A stretch of 64,000 bases of DNA from positions 32,001 through 96,000 of the IMG/VR virus record IMGVR_UViG_3300021387_000106; one strand, written 5' to 3'. Source of the stretch: a virus (taxonomy: Duplodnaviria > Caudoviricetes). How positions within the stretch are numbered: position 1 is the first letter of the stretch; each line of letters starts with the position of its first letter. This document shows positions 49,219 to 59,131 of this stretch, one piece after another. A model generated the notes under the pieces. That model was not told the origin of the DNA. It was given only the letters and a program-made list of their open reading frames with translations, and searched no databases. The translations under genes were made by a program, and so were the position numbers.

Positions 49219-50088
49219 TTAACAGAAGGTTTCTTCCATCTGTTTTGAATAGTTCTGGTTATCCTCGGCTTCCTTCTTCAATTGCTCAATACGGCTCTTT
49301 ACGTAGGAATTGTCGCCACCTGCTTCACCGCCAGTACCATCACCGCCGAAAGGTTTGCCACCGTCGCCATAGGCTTCCTTGTAAACGGATTCGTACTCCT
49401 TTTTCACTTTGAGTTTCAAAGCGTCGATGTCTGCATCGGCAACCTTCTCGATTCCTGCAACAACATTCTTTACAGCGAGGTTGATTGCAAAATCCTTTGT
49501 GGCTTTCTCACCAGTCAGGAAATCTTTGAGTTCCTTACCGATAGAAGCAAGTTTAGCCTGCTCCTGTGCGGCTGTCTGGGTCTTGATGAACTCAGATGTG
49601 GCATTGAGCTGAGTGCCAAGCAATCCACTCTTGCCATCCTCACCAAAAAGTTTCTTGTTGTAATCTTCGAGAGCCTTGGTAACGATATTAGCAACATCAG
49701 TGTTTTCTCCACCTTTGCCACCTTCGCCGCCAGTGCCTCCAGTACCGCCAGTGCCACCGCTTCCACCAGTACCGCCACTGCCTGCATGGTCTTTCTCCCA
49801 CTGGGCTTTAGCTGCTGCAACGGCATCGTCGATAGCTTTCTGCTGTTTCGTCTTGTTCTGAGTCTCGAAGTCTTGTGCGAACTTCATGCGGCTCGATTTT
49901 GCCTGACCCGCAAAGTTGGTTAGAACCGTGATAGGCTCTTTCCAAGTGTCATCAACAATCTTCGTATCGTCAGCGAAACGAGGTAAATACAAATCGGCCA
50001 TAGCCTCAAAGGTCTGGTCGCTGATGAACTCTAAGTTGTCTTCTCCAACGCGAGTTCTGAACTCTGAAATTAAGTTTGTCTTCTCCAT
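49219..50088 (-). CDS. Capsid scaffolding protein (start moved to ATG 50088)
   Basis: Helical protein with a GGTGG-repeat linker; the longer start would overlap the promoter. Confidence 0.65.
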   Translation of the reverse strand: MEKTNLISEFRTRVGEDNLEFISDQTFEAMADLYLPRFADDTKIVDDTWKEPITVLTNFAGQAKSSRMKFAQDFETQNKTKQQKAIDDAVAAAKAQWEKDHAGSGGTGGSGGTGGTGGTGGEGGKGGENTDVANIVTKALEDYNKKLFGEDGKSGLLGTQLNATSEFIKTQTAAQEQAKLASIGKELKDFLTGEKATKDFAINLAVKNVVAGIEKVADADIDALKLKVKKEYESVYKEAYGDGGKPFGGDGTGGEAGGDNSYVKSRIEQLKKEAEDNQNYSKQMEETFC

Positions 50089-50120
50089 ACTTAATGTTAA
50101 ATTGAAGTAAAAATTCGTGA

Positions 50121-50222
50121 CAAATTTAAATAGAAATATGTGTTCTGAGATTTGGAATTTTCTAAAATCTTGACATTTTAGACGCAAATAACCCTTTTAA
50201 ATAGGCATTTGTCTTATTTTTG
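50121..50222. promoter_or_regulatory. Divergent head and terminase promoters with the conserved element
   Basis: Minus-strand -7 box at 50121-50128, TTTCTAAAATCTTGACATTT at 50159-50178, plus-strand -7 box at 50215-50222. Confidence 0.7.
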
Positions 50223-50249
50223 CACTGATTTGTAAAGATTTATGCTTAT

Positions 50250-52904
50250 ATGGAGAAATTTACAGGACTTACGACTACCGATGGAAAACCCGTAATATCC
50301 AATGAATTTATTGCGGACTTACGGGAGCGTGAAAAAGACAAGATTCAATCAAATAATTTTGTCGCTCAGGTTGGTCCCCAAGAGGATGACCTTCACGCTT
50401 CCGTTGACATTCTGATTACTGGCGGTAATCGTGGTGGTGGAAAAGCCAATACTTACTATACCCCGATAGTTACTCCCTATGGTTATAAGAGAATGGGCGA
50501 ACTTGAAGTTGGTGACGAAATATGTACTCCATACGAAGGTGTGCAGAAAGTCACTAACATATTCGAGCAAGGCGAAAAAACCATTTATAGTTTCCATTTC
50601 GATGACGGAACAAGTGTTCAATGTATGGACGAACACCGATTTTGGGCTAAACTGACAGCATCTGGCGACTATAAGGAACTGACTGCAAGGGAGATTATGA
50701 ACAACTACAAGTTGGGATTGAAGAATCCGCAATCTCTACGTTCAGGTCGTGAATACACCGAGATTCCTCTTTGCGGAGAGGTGAAGATGCAGGAGAATGT
50801 AACTCCTATTGACTTACCTATCCACCCATTCCTCTTTGGTCTTATAGCAGGGAAAGGTGTTTGGCATTTCGCAAAGATTGGTGTATCAATCGTAAACGCT
50901 CCAAGAGTATTGCAGTTTGCCTACAAAATGGGTTACAAGCCAAAGAAGATTAATGGTTTCTATTACCTCAAAGGAATAACCGATGAAAACAGACGGATGA
51001 TTACGAAATGCCGTGCAGAGGAACCATCCTTTATACCTCAGGAATATTTGACTGCAAGCATAGAAGCACGTTGGGATTTGGTACGAGGTATTTTGTACTC
51101 TGGAGGTAGATCAAAGAATAAGCATCCTTATCTTGCACTGCCTAACAAACGTTTCGTTACGCAATTCGCTGAACTTGTCCGTAGTCTTGGTGCTTGGGCG
51201 AAAGTGTCAGAAATTACCGATGACCCTGAAAAGGTTGGGTACTGGCAATGTATAATGATTTTCCCCAATGACAAGGAAGCATGGCAGAAGTGCGATTATA
51301 AAAACATGGCACACATCAATGCCGATAAGATGGTTAGCCCGACACAAAGAGGCTGTTTGACAAAGAAGATTCTCTATATCACAAAACAAGACCATAAGCA
51401 AAAATGCAGATGTATAACGGTTTCTGGCAAGCATCACTTGTATATGACTGATGCTTTCACTATCAACCACAACACGTTTACTTTGCTCATGGAACCATTA
51501 TATGACATCGACAATCCACGATTCAATGGTGTCATATTCCGAAAAGAGAAAGATGACCTTAATAATATTATACGCACGTCGCGCCTGATGTATAGTCCTT
51601 TCGGACACTTCAACAAGTCTAAGGATGATTTGACCTGGTACTTCGATAACGGCTCTGAATTGTCATTCCAGTACTATGCTGATGCGTTTGATGACTTCAA
51701 AGACAGATTCCAAGGACGTGAGTATTCCTTTATCGGTGTGGACGAGATTACGCAGATTGAGTTTGAAAAGTTCAAGTATCTCGTAACGAACAACCGAAAT
51801 TCAGCTTTCATCAAGAATAGGATGATTGGCACTTGCAACCCTGACCCTCTTTCATGGGTACGCAAGTTCATTGACTGGTGGATTGATGAAGATGGATTCC
51901 CAATCAAAGAGCGAGACGGAGTTATCCGCTACTGCTACATGAAAGGCGATTCCGTTGATACAATCGTTTGGGGTGATACCCGTGAAGAGGTCTATGAGCA
52001 ATGTAAGGAAGAGATAGATAAACTATGGGAACCTGAATATGAGGAAATGGGCTATACCAAGGAATCTATGTTCACGAAAGCCGTTACATTCATTCGTGCT
52101 GAGCTGAAATACAACCGCAAGCTGTTGCAGACCGACCCATCGTATTTAGGAAACCTCGCACAACAGGGAGAGGAACAGCAAGCCCGTGACCTTCAAGGAA
52201 ACTGGAACTTCATGGCAATGGGTGATGACCTTATCAAGATGATTCATTTGCAGCGTTGCTTTGAGAATCCGCAAATGATTGGTGACGGAATACACAGAGC
52301 CAGTTGTGACGTTGCTTTCACTGGTGGCGACAATTGCGTACTTTGGCATTGGATCGGTTGGCACGTAGCTGATGTGTTCGTCTGTAAGCTCGATTCGGTG
52401 AGTACTTGCAATGCTATCAAGGCGAAACTCGACGAATGGGGAGTGCTGGAAAAGAATTTTGTATATGACCTCAACGGATTAGGACAGACTTTCAAAGGTT
52501 TCTTCAAACAAGCACGTCCGTTCAATAACGTTGAGGCTGTGGAACAGAAATACAAAAACATCTACGACAGCAAGAAGTCGCAGTGTATGTATCTCTTTGC
52601 AAAGAAGATTATCGACGGAGAAATCAGTTTCTCACCTGAATTGCTCGATAGAAAGTTTGAAGTTGGTAAGAGAAATGGAAAGAAAGGTCAAGTGATGCGA
52701 CTCAGAGACATTCTGATGTTAGAGCGCAAATGCGCACGTCAGGATGAATCGAAAGCCGATAAAGGATGGTGTGTCATCAAGAAGGAACAGATGAAGCAAC
52801 TCGTAGGTTGGTCGCCTGACTTCTTTGAATCCTTGATGATGCGGCAGGACTTTGATGTAAGTCGCAAAACCGTGACTATTCCCGGTTGGGTTCGTAATTT
52901 CTAA
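50250..52904 (+). CDS. terL: Terminase large subunit containing an intein
   Basis: Walker A GGNRGGGK/T, Walker B IGVDE, coupling motif TCNP, nuclease motif CDVAFTGGD. Confidence 0.93.
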   Translation: MEKFTGLTTTDGKPVISNEFIADLREREKDKIQSNNFVAQVGPQEDDLHASVDILITGGNRGGGKANTYYTPIVTPYGYKRMGELEVGDEICTPYEGVQKVTNIFEQGEKTIYSFHFDDGTSVQCMDEHRFWAKLTASGDYKELTAREIMNNYKLGLKNPQSLRSGREYTEIPLCGEVKMQENVTPIDLPIHPFLFGLIAGKGVWHFAKIGVSIVNAPRVLQFAYKMGYKPKKINGFYYLKGITDENRRMITKCRAEEPSFIPQEYLTASIEARWDLVRGILYSGGRSKNKHPYLALPNKRFVTQFAELVRSLGAWAKVSEITDDPEKVGYWQCIMIFPNDKEAWQKCDYKNMAHINADKMVSPTQRGCLTKKILYITKQDHKQKCRCITVSGKHHLYMTDAFTINHNTFTLLMEPLYDIDNPRFNGVIFRKEKDDLNNIIRTSRLMYSPFGHFNKSKDDLTWYFDNGSELSFQYYADAFDDFKDRFQGREYSFIGVDEITQIEFEKFKYLVTNNRNSAFIKNRMIGTCNPDPLSWVRKFIDWWIDEDGFPIKERDGVIRYCYMKGDSVDTIVWGDTREEVYEQCKEEIDKLWEPEYEEMGYTKESMFTKAVTFIRAELKYNRKLLQTDPSYLGNLAQQGEEQQARDLQGNWNFMAMGDDLIKMIHLQRCFENPQMIGDGIHRASCDVAFTGGDNCVLWHWIGWHVADVFVCKLDSVSTCNAIKAKLDEWGVLEKNFVYDLNGLGQTFKGFFKQARPFNNVEAVEQKYKNIYDSKKSQCMYLFAKKIIDGEISFSPELLDRKFEVGKRNGKKGQVMRLRDILMLERKCARQDESKADKGWCVIKKEQMKQLVGWSPDFFESLMMRQDFDVSRKTVTIPGWVRNF
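50445..51473 (+). mobile_element. Intein (343 aa) with a degenerate LAGLIDADG domain
   Basis: Splits the P-loop between K and T; begins ANTYYTPIVTPYG; block B CMDEH; ends CITV...HN/T. Confidence 0.9.
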
Positions 52905-52916
52905 ATACATAACGTT

Positions 52917-54683
52917 ATGGAGACTATAAAAGAAACTATCAAGATGCCACTAAGGGAACTTCTTACCAAGAGACCCTTCACACGCATCATGCCTGATGGT
53001 CATTACGATCATGGCGAATTTACGGGAGAGGTGAAAGAGGAATCTCCAGTAACCGACTTCCTATTGCGTAAAAGGGTCACTCAGGAGGATTTTCTTCGTG
53101 AACTCGACCCATGCGGACACCTTATCAATGACCGCGAATATTATCCTGACATTTGGCGCAAGAGCGAAGATGGACTTTGGTACTTAGAGGAAGTACCTCG
53201 CTATTCATTCGCATACCAATGGATAATCTTGCAGAACCAACTCACGCACTTAACTGGTAACGACGTTCAATTTGAACTCGCAGAGGAAGAAAGCGAAGAG
53301 CATTTAGATGTGTTCTCGGCTTTCAAGGCAGGATGGGCTGACAAGAATATGGAAGTTGCCTGGTATCAGTTCGCAAAATCGGTCAAATCAACTGGCGACG
53401 CTGCCTTTGTCGCTTACCTCGACAAGGGAGAGTTCGGTTGGAAGGTGCTTTCTTTCCTCAATGGTGATAGATTGTTTCCTCACTACGACAACAAGACTGG
53501 TAAACTGAGTACCTTTGCACGTACTTACAGCAATTTCGATGATGAAGGTCGTATCAGCAAGCGTTACATCGACGTTTGGGATAACAAATACTATTATCGC
53601 TTTGTTGCCGATGGCGACCCGAAGAATACCATTGAGAAGGTAAAACAGAGCATCTTCAATTTCTTCAATATTGATGGTTACAAACTGGAGTATGCAGAGG
53701 AACATGGATTTGACGAGATTCCTGTTTCATACCAACGTGACGATTTCGGGCCATGTTGGACTCTCTCGCAGGAAACTATCGACAACTACGAAATGGCTTT
53801 CTCTCGTCTCGCACAGAGCAACCACAATTTCGGACTGCCTATCATGTATGTCAAAGGCGAAGGTTCTCAGGAAGTGTCCTCAAAGGACATGAGCCATGCA
53901 AGCAAGGTATTCTTCCTGCCCTCAGACGGTGAAATGGGATTCCTAAACCGTCAGGATGCTTCCAATGCCTATAAGACGGAACTTGACATCTTGGAGAATC
54001 AGATTTATTCGCAGTCTAACGTTGTTAAGACTCCTGAACTGAAATCCGGCGACCTGCCAGCAGCAGCTATCAAGTTGCTCTATACTCCTGCATACAACAA
54101 GGCTATGTCTGACAGCAACGAGTACGCTCTCAGTCTTGACAAGATTGTGTATTTGTTCAAGTTCGGTTTCGGTATCGAGTCATTGCACCGCCTTGACTTC
54201 ATGAATACTCGAATCAGTCACTTCATCAAGCCTTACGTTCACCTGAACGAAACTGAGCTGACTACCAACCTCTCTATGCAAGTTCAGAACGGCTTCCTCT
54301 CTAAGCAGACAGCATCGGAGAAATCTCCATACGCTACACCGCGTGAGTGGGACCGCATCATTCGTGAGAAGAAGGAAGAGCAACAGCAGGAACTTCTACT
54401 TGAAGAGCAGAGACTTGAAATCCAGTCAGTGCAGCAAGTAGATACTCAGGAACAACTTTCGGAGATCAATACCGAACAGCAGATTGAGGTTGCAAAGGCG
54501 GAGAATCAGCTTAACGGCAATCAGCAGACCACTGACAAGAAAACAAAGAAAGTGAAATCCCATAAAGGTTCGTCCGCTACTGGTCGTGGACGTGGCAGAA
54601 CCAATCGTTCAGGTCGTAGATATGACGAAAACGGCAATTGGGAAGGTCGCAATAATTGGGATAATTGGAATCGCAACCATTAA
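52917..54683 (+). CDS. Portal protein (SPP1 gp6-like)
   Basis: Follows TerL; HGFDEIPV, IDNYE and LSKQTA motifs. Confidence 0.85.
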   Translation: METIKETIKMPLRELLTKRPFTRIMPDGHYDHGEFTGEVKEESPVTDFLLRKRVTQEDFLRELDPCGHLINDREYYPDIWRKSEDGLWYLEEVPRYSFAYQWIILQNQLTHLTGNDVQFELAEEESEEHLDVFSAFKAGWADKNMEVAWYQFAKSVKSTGDAAFVAYLDKGEFGWKVLSFLNGDRLFPHYDNKTGKLSTFARTYSNFDDEGRISKRYIDVWDNKYYYRFVADGDPKNTIEKVKQSIFNFFNIDGYKLEYAEEHGFDEIPVSYQRDDFGPCWTLSQETIDNYEMAFSRLAQSNHNFGLPIMYVKGEGSQEVSSKDMSHASKVFFLPSDGEMGFLNRQDASNAYKTELDILENQIYSQSNVVKTPELKSGDLPAAAIKLLYTPAYNKAMSDSNEYALSLDKIVYLFKFGFGIESLHRLDFMNTRISHFIKPYVHLNETELTTNLSMQVQNGFLSKQTASEKSPYATPREWDRIIREKKEEQQQELLLEEQRLEIQSVQQVDTQEQLSEINTEQQIEVAKAENQLNGNQQTTDKKTKKVKSHKGSSATGRGRGRTNRSGRRYDENGNWEGRNNWDNWNRNH

Positions 54684-54702
54684 TCTCTAATATATTGTAG
54701 GT

Positions 54703-55587
54703 ATGAGTGGAAAAGTAATAATAAACCTCGACACAGACCTCTATGTTGCGCCAACCCAATCAGAGATTAGCGCAGCTAAGAGGTTTGTACGTCAGAGAAC
54801 GGATAATGCAATCCACCTATCGGAACTTATCGACGCATTATTGCAGCAAGCAGCGAAATCAATCACGCTCGTTTGCTACAAATACAATATTGCGCCTGAG
54901 AACTTCGAGTATTCCGCCAATAAGGACTTGAAGAAAGAAGTCTATGAAATTCTTGATAACCTGGAGGATGAAATATACGCTCTTATAGAGGAATATTCCA
55001 CGAATATCACCAAGGATAAGGAAAGGAAAAAGGCTCTACTGGCTTGGTTGGTGCTTCTGAAAAGCAAAGGATTCGATGATTTGCGTTCATCATTGCACGG
55101 AAAGCTGATGCAGTTCGCATACGACCTCGAAGCGCAGATAGCTGCACAGAAATTAGTCGGAAACAATTCCGTAACAGCAGTTAGCCGCATACTGACAACT
55201 CTCCATAGCGTATATACGGCTCCTGAGATTCTTGCAGCGTTCAAAAAGAAGTCAAAAGCGTACTATATTCAGCAAAAAGGTGTGCATGAGGGTGGTAAAG
55301 GTCACTCTGCCAGTGGTGCTAATAACGTCATGTCATTCGGCAGACTTACCGCAGATATGGCATGGATGCACGAAAAGTACACCGAATTGAAGGATAATGA
55401 GCAAATTGCAGGCTTCTATGTTCTGAGAGGCAGCAATTACCCTTGCGATTTGTGCGATTCAATGGTAGGATTCCACTATATCAACGAAGTAGAGGCTTTC
55501 CCACCATTCCATGCGTATTGTAAGTGCTATATAGTGCCTATCAAAGGAAAGAGTTACGAAGAAACTATTGAACAAAACTTGATGTAA
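54703..55587 (+). CDS. Head morphogenesis protein (MuF/gp7-like)
   Basis: CDLCD...PPFHAYCKC at the C-terminus; follows the portal gene. Confidence 0.75.
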   Translation: MSGKVIINLDTDLYVAPTQSEISAAKRFVRQRTDNAIHLSELIDALLQQAAKSITLVCYKYNIAPENFEYSANKDLKKEVYEILDNLEDEIYALIEEYSTNITKDKERKKALLAWLVLLKSKGFDDLRSSLHGKLMQFAYDLEAQIAAQKLVGNNSVTAVSRILTTLHSVYTAPEILAAFKKKSKAYYIQQKGVHEGGKGHSASGANNVMSFGRLTADMAWMHEKYTELKDNEQIAGFYVLRGSNYPCDLCDSMVGFHYINEVEAFPPFHAYCKCYIVPIKGKSYEETIEQNLM

Positions 55588-55588
55588 T

Positions 55589-56104
55589 ATGGTTTTTACA
55601 GAGAAATTGAAGAAAGAGGCGAAATCGGCAGGAGTAGAGCCGCAAAGCCTGATAATGGCTGATTTGCTGAGTATCGGCTACTCAGAATCAGACGCATATA
55701 ATATCGCATATCCTGAACGTGAGGTGTGGAATATCGAAAAGAATATGTCAACTCGCGACGGAATACTCAATGATAAGAAATTCAAGTCCGTTCTTGAACA
55801 GAGAATCCAAAGACAGCGTTCTGGTGTGATGATTCCACAGAAACTTTCGGAAATCGAACTCATTAGCCGTGAGGAATCGCTGAAAGAAATCCTTATGGCA
55901 GCTCAGAAACTCGCAATAGGATCTAAAGAGCGTGGTGATATGTTCATCAAGTACCAAGAGGCACTTGCTAAGATGCAAGAAACTACTGGCAATGGTGACA
56001 CAGTGAATATCTATCTCCCTCTGAAATGTATCAAATGCCCTTTATACGCTGATTTCTTGGAGAAAAAAGCGGAGAAAATAGAAGAAAGCCTTAATAAAAA
56101 ATAG
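55589..56104 (+). CDS. Hypothetical protein, possibly a small terminase subunit
   Basis: SESDAYNIAY and ISREESLKEI resemble TerS HTH and oligomerisation segments. Confidence 0.4.
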   Translation: MVFTEKLKKEAKSAGVEPQSLIMADLLSIGYSESDAYNIAYPEREVWNIEKNMSTRDGILNDKKFKSVLEQRIQRQRSGVMIPQKLSEIELISREESLKEILMAAQKLAIGSKERGDMFIKYQEALAKMQETTGNGDTVNIYLPLKCIKCPLYADFLEKKAEKIEESLNKK

Positions 56105-56271
56105 TGCATATCACGCAGCACTATCTCTTGCATAAATCTTTCAAGTCGTGGTAGGAGGCCGCCCGTGTCAGGGGTCAGACCTCCTTTAATTATCACAAAA
56201 AACAAGGAGCATCACGTATGACACTCCTTGTCCGAACAACAACAAACGGAACACAGTTTCACACCATGCCG

Positions 56272-56877
56272 TTATTTCTCCAGTACCTCAGATGCTTGCT
56301 CTGCTATCTCGTCCTGCTTTAATTCTTCCTCAGTAGGCTCATACTTAGCCATTTCAGCATCATAAGCAGCACGCCACTCCTGATAATCCTTACAAGTGCG
56401 CTTGACATCATTGATAAGATAGTCGTGTTTTTCGTCTTTCTTATCAAGAATTGTAGGACGTGCATAGATGGCAGAAACTATCTCTACTCCATGATGGAAG
56501 TAGCCGTTGCCAACGGAAGTGACATACAGCATATTCGACAGCAAGGTACGCAAGGCATTGAAAGAACCATCTCGCTCTTCCTTGGTCTTTTCCTCATTCT
56601 TCCAGTCGGCATACAACTGAGTGAGGAAGCCGAACATTTCCATACTCTGAGGAATAGAAATGTTCCAACCGCCAAGTAGGTTACTGATATGGATGCACTC
56701 GATAGGATAGCTGACAGACTTTGCCTTACGAGTACCATTACTCTTCTTTTTGATTTCCTCACGCTCTTCTGGTGTCGGAACACGGGTAATCGTTGACTTT
56801 GTGCGCCAAATCTTGAAGTTGCTGACCCTCTCTGCCTTATTGAAAGGGATAGCCATAGGATTAATGCTTGCCTCCAT
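56272..56877 (-). CDS. Hypothetical protein
   Basis: 201-aa ORF in the minus-strand operon. Confidence 0.75.
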   Translation of the reverse strand: MEASINPMAIPFNKAERVSNFKIWRTKSTITRVPTPEEREEIKKKSNGTRKAKSVSYPIECIHISNLLGGWNISIPQSMEMFGFLTQLYADWKNEEKTKEERDGSFNALRTLLSNMLYVTSVGNGYFHHGVEIVSAIYARPTILDKKDEKHDYLINDVKRTCKDYQEWRAAYDAEMAKYEPTEEELKQDEIAEQASEVLEK

Positions 56878-57556
56878 TGAGTTTTTCCTTTAAGTCATTA
56901 AACAAATCCTCTAACGAAGGGAATAGACATTCCTCACGCGCCTGATAGCGACCATCGGGAGAATACACACGATAGCAGAAACCCTTATTGTCAGATTCGG
57001 CAGAACCGAATATGCGACCTTCCTTAACGATATTGCCAGCCATGAAGAATACCTTATCGTTATTCTTATACTTAGGCTTTGGTCCCTCGTTAATCTCATG
57101 GGCAAACCGACGAATATTTTCCAAAATCTTCTCTGACGGACGGTATCTGAAATTTTTCAGTTCCTCGAAAAAAGTTGGAAATGGTCTTGGTTTCAACTCG
57201 CTAAGATTGACTCTTAGAACAGCAAACGGATTCTCTCGCAAAGCAACACGCATCATTTCTGCATCATGCTTCTTTGCCAAACGCTTCTGCAAGCGGTTAA
57301 TCTTCTTATCCTGAATACGTATAGTTTCAAGAGCATCGGCAAGTGTCGGGTCATCGACAGCACTCTTACAAGCATAGAAGAGTTCCATATCGTCAGAATT
57401 GCCGAATGGATCAACCAACTTGATTGCTTCATTGTCGTCAATATCCTCTCCATCAAGTATAGCCTTACATTGAGCCATGAACTTAAAGCAGAGTTTGACC
57501 TGCGCCCGAAGTTGTTCAGGCGTCAGGTCTTTCAGTGCATCATAATTCTTTTCCAT
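56861..57556 (-). CDS. Hypothetical protein
   Basis: 231 aa; SH3-like C-terminus. Confidence 0.75.
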   Translation of the reverse strand: MEKNYDALKDLTPEQLRAQVKLCFKFMAQCKAILDGEDIDDNEAIKLVDPFGNSDDMELFYACKSAVDDPTLADALETIRIQDKKINRLQKRLAKKHDAEMMRVALRENPFAVLRVNLSELKPRPFPTFFEELKNFRYRPSEKILENIRRFAHEINEGPKPKYKNNDKVFFMAGNIVKEGRIFGSAESDNKGFCYRVYSPDGRYQAREECLFPSLEDLFNDLKEKLNGGKH

Positions 57557-57567
57557 ACGCTACTATT

Positions 57568-58368
57568 TTACTCTTTTGCAGCCTTTGGTGGGCGACCAAC
57601 CTTCTTTTTCTCAGTCTCGGTGGCATTACCAGTACCATCGGTGGGAGTCTCGCCCTCGTCAACTGGCTTCTCGCCATTGTCGGGAGTCTCAACAGTACCG
57701 GGATTCTCAGGATTCTCGGCAACACCAGCACCCTCTCCAGTACTTTCACCAGTACCCTCGCCTGAATTTTCAGCAGCAGCAGCTTCCTTGGCGGCTTCCT
57801 TCAATGGAGCCTCAATATCTTCAAGGCTCTTACCACCGATAGCCTCCATATAGGCAGCAGAAAGGGCTTCCAAGCCGTTCTCGTTCAGGAACAATACACG
57901 CTCATCATTACCCATTTCGGGAGTAGAAGCCTTTTCAAGAACTGCATGAGTGGCTTCATTGGAAATGTCGATGACCTTATACTGATTCAACAACGTAATG
58001 ACAGCAGACCAAATCTTTGCCTCTGCCTGACGCTTGCTCTCAGCAGCAGCCTCTTCATTGAATCCAGCATCAAGCAAAGCGGCAATACGCTCTTCCTCAG
58101 GGAGTGCCATAATCTCGGCAACCTTATCCTTGCGGAGTTCTGCAAGATGTTCCTGGGCGAACTTCTGCTCAATCTCGTCAGCCTCTTTGTCAAGGCCTGC
58201 ACTGCGAAGGGCAGGAATAATCTTGTCCTTTGGCAGACGCATGAGTGAATCAACAAGAGCCTTACGCTCGTCCTCTGTGTAAGTCTGCTTCTGTTTGCCT
58301 ACGTGCAAATTAATAGAAGCATCGCCGTCAAACGGCTTCGGGTTACTTCTTCCAACTCTAATTCCCAT
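57568..58368 (-). CDS. Acidic protein with a C-terminal AT-hook-like motif
   Basis: Glu/Ala-rich, disordered tail ending KKKVGRPPKAAKE. Confidence 0.75.
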   Translation of the reverse strand: MGIRVGRSNPKPFDGDASINLHVGKQKQTYTEDERKALVDSLMRLPKDKIIPALRSAGLDKEADEIEQKFAQEHLAELRKDKVAEIMALPEEERIAALLDAGFNEEAAAESKRQAEAKIWSAVITLLNQYKVIDISNEATHAVLEKASTPEMGNDERVLFLNENGLEALSAAYMEAIGGKSLEDIEAPLKEAAKEAAAAENSGEGTGESTGEGAGVAENPENPGTVETPDNGEKPVDEGETPTDGTGNATETEKKKVGRPPKAAKE

Positions 58369-58397
58369 AATCGTAAATATTTAAAGGTGAATAAAAA

Positions 58398-58724
58398 TTA
58401 TTTTCCAATCTGCATTGACTGATATTTCCTATACATTGTCGCAATGACAAGTTTTGAGAGAGTATGACTATGAAATGCGCCGAAAATTCGCAACTTCTTA
58501 GCCACTAACGGCTTCATGAACCAGAAACTATTATCATACATTTTTTGATAATACTCTGTTATGACACGATAGTATTCAAGTTTGGCTTTCAGCAAACCCT
58601 CATACGCCTCGGCAAAGATGACGGAATCAATGCCGTATTCCTCGATAATGAGAAGTGCCCTTGCGCTTTTCTCCAACTCAGCACCTTTCTCTTTCGTGTA
58701 TTCTCTGAATCCATTATAATTCAT
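58398..58724 (-). CDS. Hypothetical protein
   Basis: ATGA overlap. Confidence 0.65.
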   Translation of the reverse strand: MNYNGFREYTKEKGAELEKSARALLIIEEYGIDSVIFAEAYEGLLKAKLEYYRVITEYYQKMYDNSFWFMKPLVAKKLRIFGAFHSHTLSKLVIATMYRKYQSMQIGK

Positions 58725-59131
58725 TTGCTTTCACTTTTAGTTTCGTCAACAAAATCACATGGTGGCATCGTCTGCAAGCGATAGGCAAGGATGGTCTTCC
58801 TGCCCTCAACAATCGCCCGACATATTCTATGCGCACCATCAGCAATCTGACCCAAATTGTCAAGAATGATAGGTATCTCGATGTCGCAGTCCATGCAACG
58901 CTTCATCTGCCAAATGAATTCGTCCATAGAAGATACGGAGAAATGCAACACAGAGAGGTCGAGACCCGCAAGAGGCAACTCGAACGGCTCCAGTCGTTGA
59001 TTATGGCACGCACGATACAACGTAGTAGCCATCCAGTGCTCACGCCCGCGAGTATAAACGCTTTCGCTGAACTCAAACGCTCCCAAGTCAATAACAGGAG
59101 GCTCATGTACTATTATATTTCCTTTCTTCAT
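58721..59131 (-). CDS. ParB/Srx-like domain protein
   Basis: PIILDNLGQIADGAHRICRA. Confidence 0.75.
   Translation of the reverse strand: MKKGNIIVHEPPVIDLGAFEFSESVYTRGREHWMATTLYRACHNQRLEPFELPLAGLDLSVLHFSVSSMDEFIWQMKRCMDCDIEIPIILDNLGQIADGAHRICRAIVEGRKTILAYRLQTMPPCDFVDETKSESK

Noticed and set aside
49710-49785. GC-rich short repeats
   Set aside because: They encode the GGTGG linker of the scaffold protein with varied codons
49282-49923. 213-aa plus-strand ORF and similar antisense ORFs over the capsid and tail genes
   Set aside because: Explained by codon bias of the real minus-strand genes
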